Assembly: GCF_001194135.2 (NCBI RefSeq)
Contig: NC_068981.1
Coordinates: 160,671,571 to 160,735,570, forward strand
Direction: 5' to 3'
DNA: 64,000 nt
Source: Octopus bimaculoides
Taxonomy: Eukaryota
Below, one piece after another: positions 13,966 through 29,100 of the stretch; within the stretch, counting starts at the first letter, position 1, and each line of letters opens with the position of its first letter. The position numbers were made by a program, and so were the translations under genes. The notes under the pieces were generated by a model. That model was not told where the DNA came from. It worked only from the letters and a program-made list of their open reading frames with translations, and did no database searches.

Positions 13966-15992
13966 ATGAACTACAACTGTTTGAATAAAATAGCATATAT
14001 GACATAGTTATTGTGATAGTTAAGTCTTTATTGCATAAAATATTTTAGCTAGTTATATGAAAATCATTCATGGTTATTATTAGTTAAAATAAATAGAGTG
14101 AGAAGACCTTATCATTAAACTGAATTCTATGTAGCACTTGAGGTTGTTAAGTTTGGGAATTAAATATATCACTTCTTTTATAAAATTAACCAAGCATATT
14201 TACTAATTTCTCTGTAGACTGAAAAGAAATGGACAGCTTTAATTGATTTCGACCCTTGTTGGGATCCACAGTTCTATATTGCACAATACACTGCTTTATA
14301 TTACCTTATATTATATTATATATTATATTATATATTATATCATTTTATACTATTTTGTTTTATATTACATTTGTTTATTTTAATTTTAATTTTATTTTGG
14401 TTTTTATTTCCAATTGCCCCAGTCTACTCAGCTATAAATGAGATCCACCAATAGTCGAGAAGTAAACCCTACAACAGGCTGGCATCCCAATCAGAGGTTA
14501 AGGTTGTCATCTCAGTCACTTATGCATCAGGGAAACCTGGTCAAGCTCTGGTCTTATGAGTGCCACGTCTCATGACAGACATATCCAAGATTAGAGCACG
14601 TAAAATAAATTGGCTTGTTGCCAGTTCTAGGAATTGAACCCTTGATATGTATTATGATTATGTGCTGAACACCCAAACCACAAGGTCATGCACTTTCATA
14701 TGTGTATATTATATGAGCAATATATCACTGCCATGATGCAAATGCATTACATCCCAATATTAATATTTTAAGAAAGCTTTTTTTTTTTTCAGTAAACAAA
14801 AACAGCAGAGCACTAGACAGCATTTAGTTTCATCATCCAAAGATTTATGAACACATTTTGTGTCAGCTTTGTCTTTCTTCAAAAGTTAAATAAGAATAAA
14901 AATAAATAAAATAATTTAGGCCTACAGGTAGACATAGATCACACTTTGAAGTAGAAACATACAAAAAAACTCCTGATTAAAATAGAAAGATCCAAACAAA
15001 AGTAGCTTCTAAATTAAAAAAAAAGAAGCAAAAAACAGTAAAAACTTACTAGAAATAGGTATTGTAAAACATTGGTGGGTGGGGTTATATTAGAAACATA
15101 GAATATTAAGATTAACTTGTCCATGTTAAAACATGTTGCCATTCCATTTCACACTGTTCACTGTAGATCTGACCACTTTATTTGCAGTTTATGTTTCCAC
15201 TGTTACTCCTGCTGTTTTTATATATGCTGTCAGCTATTAAATTACAAATTTCTGCAACTTTGTAATTATTAATTGCAACATTCAATACTCTTGCTAATTG
15301 TAACTTTCATTACTAAACTTAGTACTATTCCAACTTTTAAAATAGTTATTTACCAAATGCCTTTTAAAAGAAAAGAAAATGAATATTGCAATTACATCTC
15401 CGTTGTGATTTGCTGATAAGGAAACACTAATTAGAAGAGAAAATTTCTAATAATACTTTCATTGCTTGACAACAATTGCAATTCTGTCATTAACAAACAC
15501 TGTTACAAACTAGAATTACATAAGAATGACCAAGCCAAGGGAAGAATCTTTGCATGATCAGTTGACCTGCTAAAAGTGGCAACCAAGTCTCCTTCAAAAA
15601 CACTGGCTGTCTTAAACAATGGAAACATACATTGGATAAGGAAGTCCAAGATATATCATTTCTGGGAAAAGGATCAATGAAATTTTCATTTGGAATGCTT
15701 TTAACAATTTTTGCCCAGTTTCTAAAATAGAAACTATTTATTTCATTTTTAAATGACTGCAAAATTAATTGATTAAAAAAAAAAAAAATATCAATCATTT
15801 GATAATTTCACTATTTCCATTAAGTGGGACAAAATTATATTGGAAAATGTATACTTTTGTGATTTCTTTTAAGGCTTCAGTTAACTTTTCTAGACATGTC
15901 CAGTTCTTTTGAGAAAAGAACAACTGATAGAAAGCTGTGCAGTGTTGTATGACACAAGAATCTCTTAAAGAATTTTTGCCATTAATTGAACA

Positions 15993-16508
15993 ATGATTAT
16001 TGGACCCAAAGACTATTGTAAATTTAAAGTAAAGACTTTTTATGGACACACTGATGAGGTAAGCATTTTGTTTTCACTACTCTAATATTTTTGCTGTTAA
16101 TTTTAAGCCTATCTTTTATCTTTTACATGTTTGTTATTGGATTGTGGCCATGCTGGGGCACTGCTTTCTAGGGTTTTACTTGAAAAAATCGACCCCTGTA
16201 CTTGTATTTTTAAAAGTTTGGTATTTATTCTATCAGTCTCTTTTATTGACTCGAAATGCTAAGTTATGGGGGCATAAACAAACCAACACCAGTTGTCAAG
16301 TGGTAATGGACAGACACAAACATACACACACACACACACTCAACAGGCTTCTTTCAGTTTCTATCTACCAAATCCACTGACAAGACTTTGGTTGATTCAG
16401 AGCTAGAAGATACTTGCCCAAGATATATTATGTATATATACATATATTTAAGTGCGTGCATGTGTGTGTGTGTGTGTGTGCACGTGTGCATGTATGTGTG
16501 TTTGTGCA

Positions 16509-16543
<35 letters not shown>

Positions 16544-18557
16544 ACTTATAAATGACGAAAGAAACAGTATAGTGAAATTTATTTAACTATAAGAAAATTC
16601 AAATATCACAACAAGTTGTTTCATATCTTAAAGCTTGTAAAGATAGTCTATTTTATAATATTTAATAACTAGAAAAGCACTCAGAGAGCACAGACCTCCG
16701 CCAAAGCAGCTCATTTCCACCCATATACACGCATGCTGAATATCGCCCAATTTCCCAAACCAATGCCGGCAAAAACATAACAGAGATACTATTTTATCCT
16801 CTTCTCATACTTATCTTGACCATCATCATCATCAACACTATCTGTGCTTTCACCACAATCATTGTCAAAACTACGATCACCACAATCAGTTTCTTTACAC
16901 AGTTGAAAATCCATTACCTGATAGTCATGGGACTGAGATTGTTGCAGATTTTTGATTTTTCTAATTTCGGATTGCTTTATTAAAACCAGGTCTAAACACA
17001 ATAGCTTATAGACATACTCTGAATGTAGTTCTATATAAATTTTTGATAATTTTTTTTATACTTAAGACCATCAGAAATGTTAAGATATCAGCCTCTACCC
17101 ACGTTGTCATGCTTTGATTAAAAGGTTACAGCATAGATTAGATTACTTAGATAAGTTTCAGTCAAAGTTGACTCAGGCTATGTCTAATTTAATAGCACCA
17201 CCTGGAAGAGATACACAGTCAGCTCTGGGGAACCATAGCCCGTTCAAGCAGAGGGTTATTGTTTTCAGAGACATATCTAGGTGTGGGTGGCTTATCTGAT
17301 ATTTGTTGGGGGTAATCATCTATGGATCATTTGAATGCTGTGAAGTCACTTTCCTCCTTTATGTGTGTCTGGCACGATGTTGAAGCGAGCAGGGTCAATT
17401 GAGGTGAAATAGTTCTGTCATAGTGTTGTGATATGACACAAACATTTCTGTAGTGAACGGATGGCATGGGGTCCAAGCCTTGGACGAATTTTAAAGATGG
17501 GCAATGTTGATGGAATATTTTCCACATCATACAGATAATATAGAGCTCACAGCGGCGGTGGAGGGAGCAAAGCCTGAGCTTTTTGAGTCGATCCCAGTAG
17601 TCAAGGCTTGTCATGCCATCCTCCGCAGACCTCCGACAAGCAGCTCATTTTAAGATAGATACATGAGTAAAATTACTAATAGAGAAAAGAAAATAAACTT
17701 TTGAAACAGCAACGCCACCATAGGTTACGTGGAAAGGATGAACGTGAATTCAAGGGAGATAATCAAAGAACGTAACATTGTAATACTTCATGTAAAGTAA
17801 ATATAACAAATGAAAAATCCTTCAAGAATCCATAAAAATTCCTGGATCACTACCAAAATTTCAACATCTGTTTCTTGTGTCATTACCAACTTTTCTTGCA
17901 AGTTTCATCAAATACCTTTCACAACTTTTTGAGTTATTTTGCACACAGACGAACAAACCAATGCCGATGAAAACATAACCTCCTTCCTTGGCGAAGGTAA
18001 TAAATAAATTATCTACATATCTGCACTAATGCAAAAAAATCCCTTAAAACAATGCAGAAATTAAGCTACAGCTTCAGGTGAAAGAAAAATCTTACTAAAG
18101 TCTCAACATAATATTTCAAGAACACAAAGTCAATATTTAAATAGGACATTAAAAGTTATGGAAGACAGTAATAATAAAATAATCCTTTCTACTGTAGGCA
18201 TAGGCCTGAAATTTGGGGGAAGGGATTAAGTTAATTACATCACCCCCAATACTCAACTGGTACTTATTTAATCGAGCCCAAAAGGATGAAAGGCAAAGTC
18301 AACCTCAGCGGAATTTGAACTCAAAATGTAACAACAGGCAAAATACTGCTAAGCATTTTGCCTGGCATGCTAACGATTCTGCCAGCTTGCTGCCTTAAAT
18401 TAATATAAAATAATAAGATGATTGTCTAACAAATGGAATGGAATTTTATAACTTTATACACTCCTTATCGTTTTCTCTTGTATTGTACTATATATTCTAT
18501 ATGTTTTGTGGAATGATTGCTTAAGGAGCTTATTTTATGAGTGTTGCTGGATTACTT

Positions 18558-18607
<50 letters not shown>

Positions 18608-18667
18608 NNNNNNNNNNNNNNNNNNNNNNNNNNNNNNNNNNNNNNNNNNNNNNNNNNNNNNNNNNNN

Positions 18668-18711
<44 letters not shown>

Positions 18712-20055
18712 TGTGTGTGTGTCATTATTCAGTTTATTTCAAGATTTCTTGCCAATAGAGAAAGAACTGGTTTCTAACCTAGATTCAAGGTTCCTTCATT
18801 GGAATTTCAACATCAACAACAGGGTATTTTGTTTGTATATATGTATGTATGTACAGATTTGTATGTTTTATGTATGTATTCTCATGCATATAGTTACATA
18901 TCTAGACATGTTGATATATGTTTAAATTATAAACTTCTGGAAAGTTTTACAAATTTTTACCGTTCCAATGATGGATTGGATCTGTAGTCCTTGAATTAGC
19001 TTTCTTCTTTCTGGTTTTGAGAAGCCTAATTTCTCAAGATTTGTATTTAGGCAGTGTGTTACATATCCCAGGGCACCAATAATTACAGGTATAAACCTGA
19101 ACTTGTAATCAGGATAGAGTAACTGCAGATTTCTCCATAGTTCAGCATAGGTGTTCTCTTTTCCACTCTTCATCAGTTTTATGTTAACATCTGCTGGGCA
19201 GCTAATTCCCACATCTGTGCACAGTTTCTCTATCCCAAATCATTATATCAGGTCTGTTGTGCTTACATTTTATTGAGCTCTTCACTAGTACATTCCACCA
19301 GTATTCCTTTTTATTATGAGTGGCTATGGCTTCTACCATACAGTGGGCTCTTATTTCTTTGTACTCAGGATTATCCTTCTGACAGATTTCATTATAGAGT
19401 GTCCTAGCTACGTGTGTATGTATATATGTATGTATTTATGTATGTATATTATAACATCATGATATTTTCTGCAATTCAGGTGAATTGCGTTGCTTTCTCC
19501 CCAGACTTTAAACTCATAGTAACTGGATCTGATGATAAAATTGTCAGAATATTCAACACAACAACCTGTGAATTACTCTACGAGGTAGAAGGACACCAAG
19601 GTAATAATTCTATATGTTGATTTTGTGTTCATAAAGGTACATTAGTGATGAAAAAGGAGTTGATTTAGCTGTTGTTGCCAGATGCATATTCTTTCTAATT
19701 AACGCACAAGTTTTATCTTTATATACACTATATGTAACATATGGTATAATTATAAACCGGGCAAATTTTAGCTATTTCTACCATGAACAACCTTAATCTA
19801 TTTTTGAACCTTATTGGGTTCTCATCAGAAGCATCTACATCATTCTGAAACAAGCAACCAAACTGTTTATATACTCAACAAATACAGCATTTACTCTATG
19901 AAGGAGTCCCTAATTTGCATACCGAAAGTGTTTAACACTCTATAAATACTAGCGGCCTGGTTTAACACTCTATAAATACCAGCTGTTGAGTGGATAAGCT
20001 ACTAACAAGCAAAAAATTTCAACTCCAAATAAACAAGTAATGGTTAGTATCACCA

Positions 20056-20109
<54 letters not shown>

Positions 20110-23100
20110 CACTACTACTACACCTGATTTCAAATTTTGGCACAAGGCCAGCAATTTTGAAGGGAGAGAAGAATTGATTACATTGATCCCAGTGCTTAAC
20201 TAGTGCTTGTTTTGGACCCTGAAAGAAATGAAACACAAAGTTGATCTTGATGGAATTTGAACTCAGAGTCAGAAGAAATGCGATTAAGTATAATGTCAAT
20301 GCTCCCACGATTCTGCTAGCTCACTGCCTAAACAATAGTAATAAAATCTGTAAAGTAGATAAATCCTTGTGTCATGAGGAAGAATGAATACTGCCATTTC
20401 AAAAAGAGACTCAAGAGCAACTGAGGTAAAAAATTGGACCTGGTGTTTGACTACTCTTTTACTCTTTTACTTGTTTCAGTCATTTGACTGCGGCCATGCT
20501 GGAGCACCGCCTTTAGTCGAGCAAATCGACCTCAGGACTTATTCTTTGTAAGCCTAGTACTTATTCTATCGGTCTCTTTTTGCCGAACCGCATTGGTTGT
20601 CAAGCGATGTTGGGGGGACAAACACAGACACACAAACACACACATATATATATACATATATACGACGGGCTTCTTTCAGTTTCCATCTACCAAATCCACT
20701 CACAAGGCTTTGGTCGGCTCAAGGCTATAGTAGAAGACACTTGCCCAAGGTTCCATGCAGTGGGACTGAACCCAGAACCATGTGGTTGGTAAGCAAGTTA
20801 CTTACCACACAGCTACTCCTGCGCCTACTAGTTCAGGAATGTTGAATTCAGTTTCATTGCAGGTTTACTGTTGTGTATTTGAACAGCACACTAAAGTATC
20901 ATGTATAGTATGTCCTGAGTAAGATATTAAGATTGAATTACATCCAACTCCCGCTTGGGAGTTTAGATGTCGTGGGGAGTATGGAGTTACCCCATAGTAA
21001 CCACAACTCCAAGGTGCTCTGGTTCAGAGTGGCAGTACCTGCCAAGAGCCCTGGTTATGGGCCAATAGTGGAAGATGTTCCTGTGGTTAAAATATAGAGG
21101 ACTTGGAGAAGAGTTAGCCCCTTCACATGTGTCACACACGTCCACTGGTTGGTGAATATGCTCTGGTGTCACACAAATCAGTCCCACTGCCTAAGAGTTA
21201 AATAAGACCCTAAGCTTCAAGAGTAAGCTTAGGAGAACAGCAAATAAACCAGCAGAAGGTAATAGGAAATCACCATTGTGTCTTTCCCCCAACTAAAATC
21301 ATGAATCTTCAGATTTTAGCATGAGAGGTCCTTGATTGCTGACATTTGTAGCCATGATGGTATGTGAAGAGAGACATCATAATCTAATAAAAACTAGAGT
21401 TAAATATGAGTCCTTTGTAAAGTTTAGATACACAAGAATTTATGGGGTAAAAGCTGCTTCAGTCCACCAGAAGTATTCTACTTTATGATGCCTAAATTGC
21501 GAGGAGTAAAAGCTCCTTAGGAGCTTAAACAACACAAATCATATTGCCAAATTCATTCACTAATTTCTCGTTTTTTTCAAACAGTGCTTATCTATAGTAA
21601 TATATTTCAATTCTGTCACTCCTAACTTACTCTAGTTTATGGAGTGAAATAATTCTAGAGGATTGAAGCAGGAATTTATGCAGGTTTTATTTTTTACCTC
21701 ATAAATTTTGTGTATGTCATGTGTCATTAAATGTCTTCTTACAAAACAGGTGTGGTGTGCTGGAGTTACGACAACTTTAACAATGTTAAATGGTTGGGCG
21801 ACGTTCCCTTACTTAAATCAGAATTTTGTAAATCAGTACCCCAGATGTTGCCTTTCAAACCAAATATTGATAGAATGATAAGAAAGAAATGAATGAATAA
21901 ACAAACAATATCATACATTTATAGCTGGAAGTTTGTTTAATTTAAAGGCGAATATTACTTCCGTAAAGTAAGCAAATATTGTAACTGTTGTAATTATATT
22001 TCTTTAGGTGCAATTCGATGTGTGGCGGTGTCACCAGACAATAAATTTATAGCCAGTGGATCGTATGATAAAGCCATTCAATTATGGAGAATAAGTGATG
22101 CAAATTTTTATAACAAACTTTTAGGTAAGAAAGTATTTTGGAAATTTTGAACAAATACATGTGTAAATCAATGGGTAATTTGCTTACTATCATCACAATT
22201 AGAAACTGAAAGGATTGATAAATTGTATACTAGAATCAGTAGCCATTCATGTAATTTTCCATGTCTGCATTCCCATAATTTTGATTCATCAGGATCTTCC
22301 AAATGGAAATGCCGGTACCATACGTTTGCTGACAATGACTGTCACTGCATCCAACAGTCTGCCTTCACCCAAAACTTACAACTCATATGGGAAAGGATGT
22401 TGCCAGGAATTAAGGTAACTGAAATACTTGGCTCAAGCAGTTGCCTTTCTTATATCAGTGTCTAAACCATCAGTACTTCATTCTTGTTGACACTGGAATG
22501 GGGGCGAGCATCTTACCATTTGCTCTGGTATCCAGTATCAAGAAACTGATTTCTGATATTACACTAGGCAGCTAACTATTCTCAGTATAGCACTACTTCT
22601 GTCAAGATAACTAACAGAGGATATCAGCTTGAATCCAACATTTTAACTAAGTCGACTCATCTGCTGAGTTGTAAATGAATCCACACTAGTGCTAACCATT
22701 CTCCAGCAAATAGCATGATCAAACGTCTTCCTCAACAGCTGAAGTCAGCTCTGAAGGTATATTCTGATAACAGGTAATGGCTTTAGAATCTCTTTTTTGT
22801 TCTATTGAGTATATGCTCAATTAAAGAGAGGATTTGATGTACATGAATCAAGCTACTTTACAATAATACTTTCATATTATCTAGTTGTGTGTGCTTCATT
22901 TCAGTATTTTCCAACTCCAGCAAAATTATTCACATCATCTGCAAGCCTACATTTCTAGTCTACCATCTACTATCATGGACAATCGCCACCCATGAACTGG
23001 CTGGCATCCACTAGTAATTTACATGTTTTTGTCTGAAAAGATTCAATTCTCTGCATTAAGAGGTAACAGCTCAATGAATATAGGATTACTATATAAAATC

Positions 23101-26100
23101 GATCAGCATGTTACAGGAGAGAATTGCAAGATGGATCCTTCAAGCCAAACCAACTGGCAGAGACCAAGGAGGAAATGAATGGATAATATCCATTGTCTCA
23201 ATCATACTTGGGAATCCAGCCAGAAAGTATAACGATGGTTGCTTCTGATAGGACACTATGGAGAAGGTACCCTCACAACTGTCCAATTAGTAATAAATGG
23301 AGAAGATGGATTGAAGTGTTGTCTGAATTGAGTCCATCTTCTTTGAAGTATTTCATCAGACTCCTAAGTAATTCATTCTTGATGTACATAAAAAAAAAAA
23401 AATGAAATCTGTCAGTCATAGATCAACTGAAGTAGGCTCATTTTGAGTAAAATATGACACCTAAATCAGTATCTCACCAGGTCAGTTTAACACCATCAAT
23501 ACATCCTTCTATTACAGTTTCTATTTCTACACCTGTTTTCTAAAACAACTCTTAGATTTCATATGCACTGATTAGTTGTAAATGTTGGTGAGTGAAGTAA
23601 TTCTTCTAGGTTTTAAGTGTATGTTTAGAATTTTAGGCTTTTGAACTTCTGAATGTCCTTAATAGAGTTTTTGAAGGAAGGAGTTAAAATCATAGTTCTG
23701 GTTGAAGGTGTATATTCTAGGTTTCTCATGTTCCTATTGTCTTTGTGTGGTTTTTAATGATTTAGTGATTATTTTCATGAAATGCTTGATAATGACTTTA
23801 ATTGCTATGGAAGAATATATTGTTTGATTTTTGTTGTTATTCATGCATTCTCCAAATTGGAATACACAACTAAACATGACTTCTCTATTTTTTGTAACTC
23901 TTAACTTTTTTTTTTCGATTACATGTCTTAAACAAAGAAGATGGCAACACTGCCAAAGAAAAATTTAGTTTAGGGTTTACATGAAGAAGAGAAATGATTG
24001 AAAAAAAATTGAATTTTCAAATTGTTTTTTCTACACAGCTATAATTTCCATTGTTTAAAACACAAAAAAGCTGAAAATGATTGATTTTCTAAATAGATTA
24101 AAAGCAAAAGGATCATCATCATTGTCATCGCTGCCACCACCACCATCAGCTGTTGGTTTGTTTACATTCCTGTAATCTAGCAGTTTGGCTAAAGAAGCCA
24201 ATAGAATAAGAACTGGGGTTGATTTGTTTGACTCAACCNNNNNNNNNNNNNNNNNNNNNNNNNNNNNNNNNNNNNNNNNAAACAAATAAACGAAAGATAT
24301 AATACTTTATACATTTCATACAATTTATATTTTTAAATTTCAAAATATGACAAGTAAAATATTTTAAAATTTCAACTGCAGGCCATACCAAAAGTGTTGA
24401 AGTGGTGATATTTTCTCCAGATTCAAATCTGCTATGTTCTGGTTCATGGGACAGATTAGCAATTGTTTGGAATTTAGAGGTAAGCATAAAAATTCACGTT
24501 ACATACAAAGGTTTGTTTTGTTGTGTGGGTGTATGCATGTGGTGTGTGTGGGTGTGTGTATGTGTGTGCATATGTGCATGTGAGGGGGTGTTCCACCTTT
24601 GGTCATGAATGACCATGGGATTGCACCTAGCTTTTCTTATCATCAAGTCACATGACCCAGTTGTTAACCAAATTAGTTGCAGGTATTGGTTGGTTTTAGC
24701 TGTCCAATCGTATGTTTGCAATAGAGTTTGTTCCCAACGAGGGAAAAAGCATTTTTACCTGTAGAGCCTACCCATGGTTATAAAAATACAAGTTTCTCCC
24801 ATTCTTAGTCTTTGAACCAGAGTGTGTGTGTGTATATGGTCATGTGTTTCCTTCTGATGGAAACACATGACCATATACACACACACACATGCATACTCAC
24901 AAAGACACATATGGAGACATACATGCATACATAACAGACACACGTATATAATCACATAAACCCATACACACTCAAACATGCACACATAAGGAGACAGAGG
25001 TACACACACACACATGAATATGCAGAATACATACATATGTGCATACACAAGCACACATGCACAAAAACAGATAAAAGAGAATGCAGCTCCAATAATGGAC
25101 AGAGTCAACATCCATTGACAAGGTTGAAAAAGCAATGAAATTTTTGGAAGAAAATGTATAATAAACGAATGGAAATCGAACCGGTGTGTGTATTAGATAA
25201 TATGGCATTAAGACAATGATTCTCCCCATACACAACAAAATTTGTTTCAACATACGAATTTACGTAAAGAATCTTGCAAACCAGATTAAAAAAAAAAAAA
25301 AAGAAGACGAAGTAGAAAAGAGGTAATTTCAAGAATAAATCGTCCTGGAAATTAAATTCATGGGAGGTAACTCTTGATAATTGCAACATATAGCGCTAAT
25401 GCTGGCTAAAATAAATTAAAATGAAAGAATTTTTAAGTGCTATTTTCTTTTTTACATGTGCTAGTGAAAACAAAAACGAACAAATATAAATAGTCGATAC
25501 AATTTGTAAAATAGCATAATTCGTGTGTTGTAAGGCAGTAGCATAGCTAGAGGAAGGAGTGAAACAGTTCTCTGCCCTGGGCGACTCTTTTATGAAGATA
25601 GCACTTTTGGATCTCCTGTAAAAGCTTGAATAAGCTTGCTTGTGGTCCTGGCAGACTCAAAGGCTGCAAAGTAGGCACACTCTAGTTAAGTCACTGCTGT
25701 AAGATAAAGGGAGTTAATCAAATGTGAGCACCATTAATTGAGAAGTTAACTTCATTAACTGTTAATCCATTAATCAAAAAGTTAACTTTGATAACCGTTA
25801 ATCAGTTAATTATTTCCTAATGTAATGGAAGTTATCGATAAACTGTTAACGTTAATTTTTATTAAAGAAAAAAAATTTTTTAAATCAGTTTTTGCTCTAA
25901 AACCACATAAAAACACCTTTAAAAAGTGCCAAAACTATAAAAATCCATTAACTTCAATTGAATTGAAGTCAATGGTAGTTAACTCAACTTGACTTCAGTT
26001 AAGTTAAATGTAACGGAAGTTAATTAGTCCTGATGACGATTTCCGAAGTTAACTTAAAAGTTAAATCGTTAACGAAAATGTTAACTTTGTTAATTAACGA

Positions 26101-29100
26101 TTAACGGTGTGGTGCCCAGGTTTAGAGTTAACCATATAAACTATTGCTTTTTGTGTAGTAAATTGTTAGTTTTTGGGAATGGAGCAAAGTAGTTAAAAAA
26201 CGAAACTCAGTAAACCATGTCAAATTGGCACTAATCCAACACTGAGGAACAACAGTTGGCATTTCCTTCTTAATAATGGCACAACTCTTAGTAACCTTTT
26301 TAGTGTTTCTGATCTGATTCTTTGATACTCTTAATATTAAAGCAAGTTATAAATATTCAACAACCTAGTCCTCAAATCATAGATGAAATTTGGAAGACAA
26401 AAGGATGAACACAACTCTATTTTTTTCTCTACATTACTATCTTTTAATGTATAGAAACATAACTATTATAAAATTAAAGAAGTGATTTTAAATTCTCAAT
26501 CGCAGAATAATGCTAATAATGTAGCCTGAACAGGATAAACTACCCCTATTTTGCAGAAAAAAGTGTAGGTGGCTAGCTGTGGACACGAACTCACATCCCC
26601 GTGTTATAAATCAGCTCACTTATTTTAACCTTTTGTCTTTTTCAGTTATGCCAAGCAATAATTCTGTTAACTGGACACAATGGACTGGTACAATCAGCTG
26701 CATTTTCAGCCACAACAAAATGGATAGTAAGTTGCATCTCTCTGCATATATATTTTATTTTTGATGCTTAGCCCCTGGTCAGTTCTGACTGATTAGTTCT
26801 ATGATCAAAAGTATACCAACAGAACTACCTCATCCTCTCAAACTTGCATTTTTAGGTCTATATTATCCCTTCATATTCAAGAAAGCAGAGTTATTTGAGA
26901 GAGATTTAATTGATATTTCAAGTAAGTGTCCACATTCATTTGTCTCTCTCTCTGTCTCTTGCACATACTATTAATAATGATTGTACTTTGACTTATTAGT
27001 ATGCTTGTTTACATGGAGAAGCAATGGCCCATAGGATCGCGGTTTCGATTCCAAGACCGGGCGTTGTGAGTGTTTATTGAGTGAAAACACCTAAAGCTCC
27101 ACGAGGCTCCGGCACGGGGATGGTGGCGAACCCTGCTGTACTCTTTCACCACAACTTTCTCTCACTCTTACTTCCTGTTTCTGTTGTGCCTGTAATTCAA
27201 AGGGTCAGCCTTGTCACACTGTGTCACGCTGAATATTCCTGAGAACTGCGTTAAGAGTACACGTGTCTGTGGAGTGCTCAGCCACTTGCACGTTAATTTC
27301 ACGAGCAGGCTGTTCCGTTGATCGGATCAACTGGAACCCTTGACGTAAGCGATGCAGTGCCAACACACACATGCTTGTTAACACAATTCAGATAAAAATA
27401 CTTCAATGCTACTTTGGCATGTGATCCACACTTTAAAGGGAGACTACTTTAGCTTACTTTTCAATTTCTAAAACCCTTAAGCGTTTGGTTAAAGATTTTT
27501 ACAATGGTGACCATGTCGTCATTGTGGTGGAGAAATGATGAAGAGATGAGAAAAAAACGATGAAATTTTGCCAACTTCTTGCTGCAAAGCTCATGGCTGT
27601 CAAACTTGTGTCATCTATGTGCTTATTTTAATTGTAATATTGTTTATTCTTGGCTTATTATTATTATTTACTAAGACATAAATGAAACATGGTTTTATTA
27701 TTATTAAAATAGTAAGAATTTTGAAAAATACATTTACAATGCTAAGTATGTACAAAAGAATTTTTAAAAATTTGAAAAGCAATTTGATAATAAAGATGAA
27801 ACATAAATTTGAATAATTTTATTCATGAATTGAGCATGCATCTGCTAGAAATGCAAGAGCATCTTAAAGGTTTTTAGAAATTTAAAACTAAACTAAAAAG
27901 TAGCCTAAAGTAATCACCCTTTAAATTGTAGATCACACACCAAAGTAGCCCCAGTACTTCTTTGTTTTAAAATACACACAGTTTATTATTGTTACATCAG
28001 TCACAACTAATCATTAACTGACTGATAATCTACTGATTGGAAAATTAGTAAATTTTATCCCCCCTTTTTGTCACTGTACTGTCCAGACAAAGTGATTTAT
28101 CTATCACTGTTAATAGTTTCCATGAAAGGTACAGTTCACTGTGTACAGAACAGAAGTGACTACTGTTTTATTATCTCCTATTCTTGAATTCTTCCTTTGG
28201 CTTGAATAAGGATCAACTAAGCTACTCCAATGTATTTTTACTTGAATCAATACATGGGGATGAAACTTCTATGTAGTGAGAAATTATGACAATATCTATT
28301 GTGTGCATGTAAATATATATTATCATGTACTGAAATCATTCTCATATTCTGTGCATAACAGATTGTTTATGAGGTTAGAGTGCATCTTATTTGTATATTC
28401 GGCCTGTATAGAACTAAGGAGGCTTGACTAATATCATGATAGTTTGGTTCTTAATCATGTGATTTCATTAACTTTGGTTTTAATCTACAACCATTTCTGT
28501 AGAAGATTAACTTGGTATTTTTTTTAATACTTCTTTGAATCATTAGACCGCAGCCATACTGGAGCACTGCCTTGAAGAATTTTTTATTGAATGAATTGAC
28601 CCCAGTACTTCTTCTATTGGTCTCTTTTGCTGAAGTTCTAAGGCCTACAATTGTAGGCCTCATTAAAAATGTTAATAAATTAATTTATATCCATTAAATC
28701 TCTCCATTTTCTTACTTAATGATATTTGATATGTATATTATACCTATTTTTATACTGAAGGTATATTTCTCAACAATATGATATATTAAACCAGTGTGAC
28801 TTGGATGAAACCATCTCCATAAGAGGTTTATGTCCTCAAAGTGACACCAACACCAGTTGTCAAGAATTGGTGGGTGACAAAGACACACATATGTCTATAT
28901 ATATATATATAATACAAAGAATATATATACATGTATACACACATATATGTACATACTTACATCTACATGTGTATATACATGCATATCAGGGTACAGGACG
29001 TTAGAACAATAAACCACAGACAACGGAACAAACACATAGGAAAACGGAAAGCCCCTTGGAATATCCCTTCATCAGCTGTCTCTATTCTATCCAGACGTTT

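Noticed and set aside
15460-15485. RFX X-box-like ATTGCTTGACAAC upstream of WDR38
   Set aside because: Only a partial match and the TSS is unknown; too weak to call.
24755-25389. Hydrophobic minus-strand ORFs in WDR38 intron 4
   Set aside because: Mostly translation of CA/TA low-complexity sequence; no family match.
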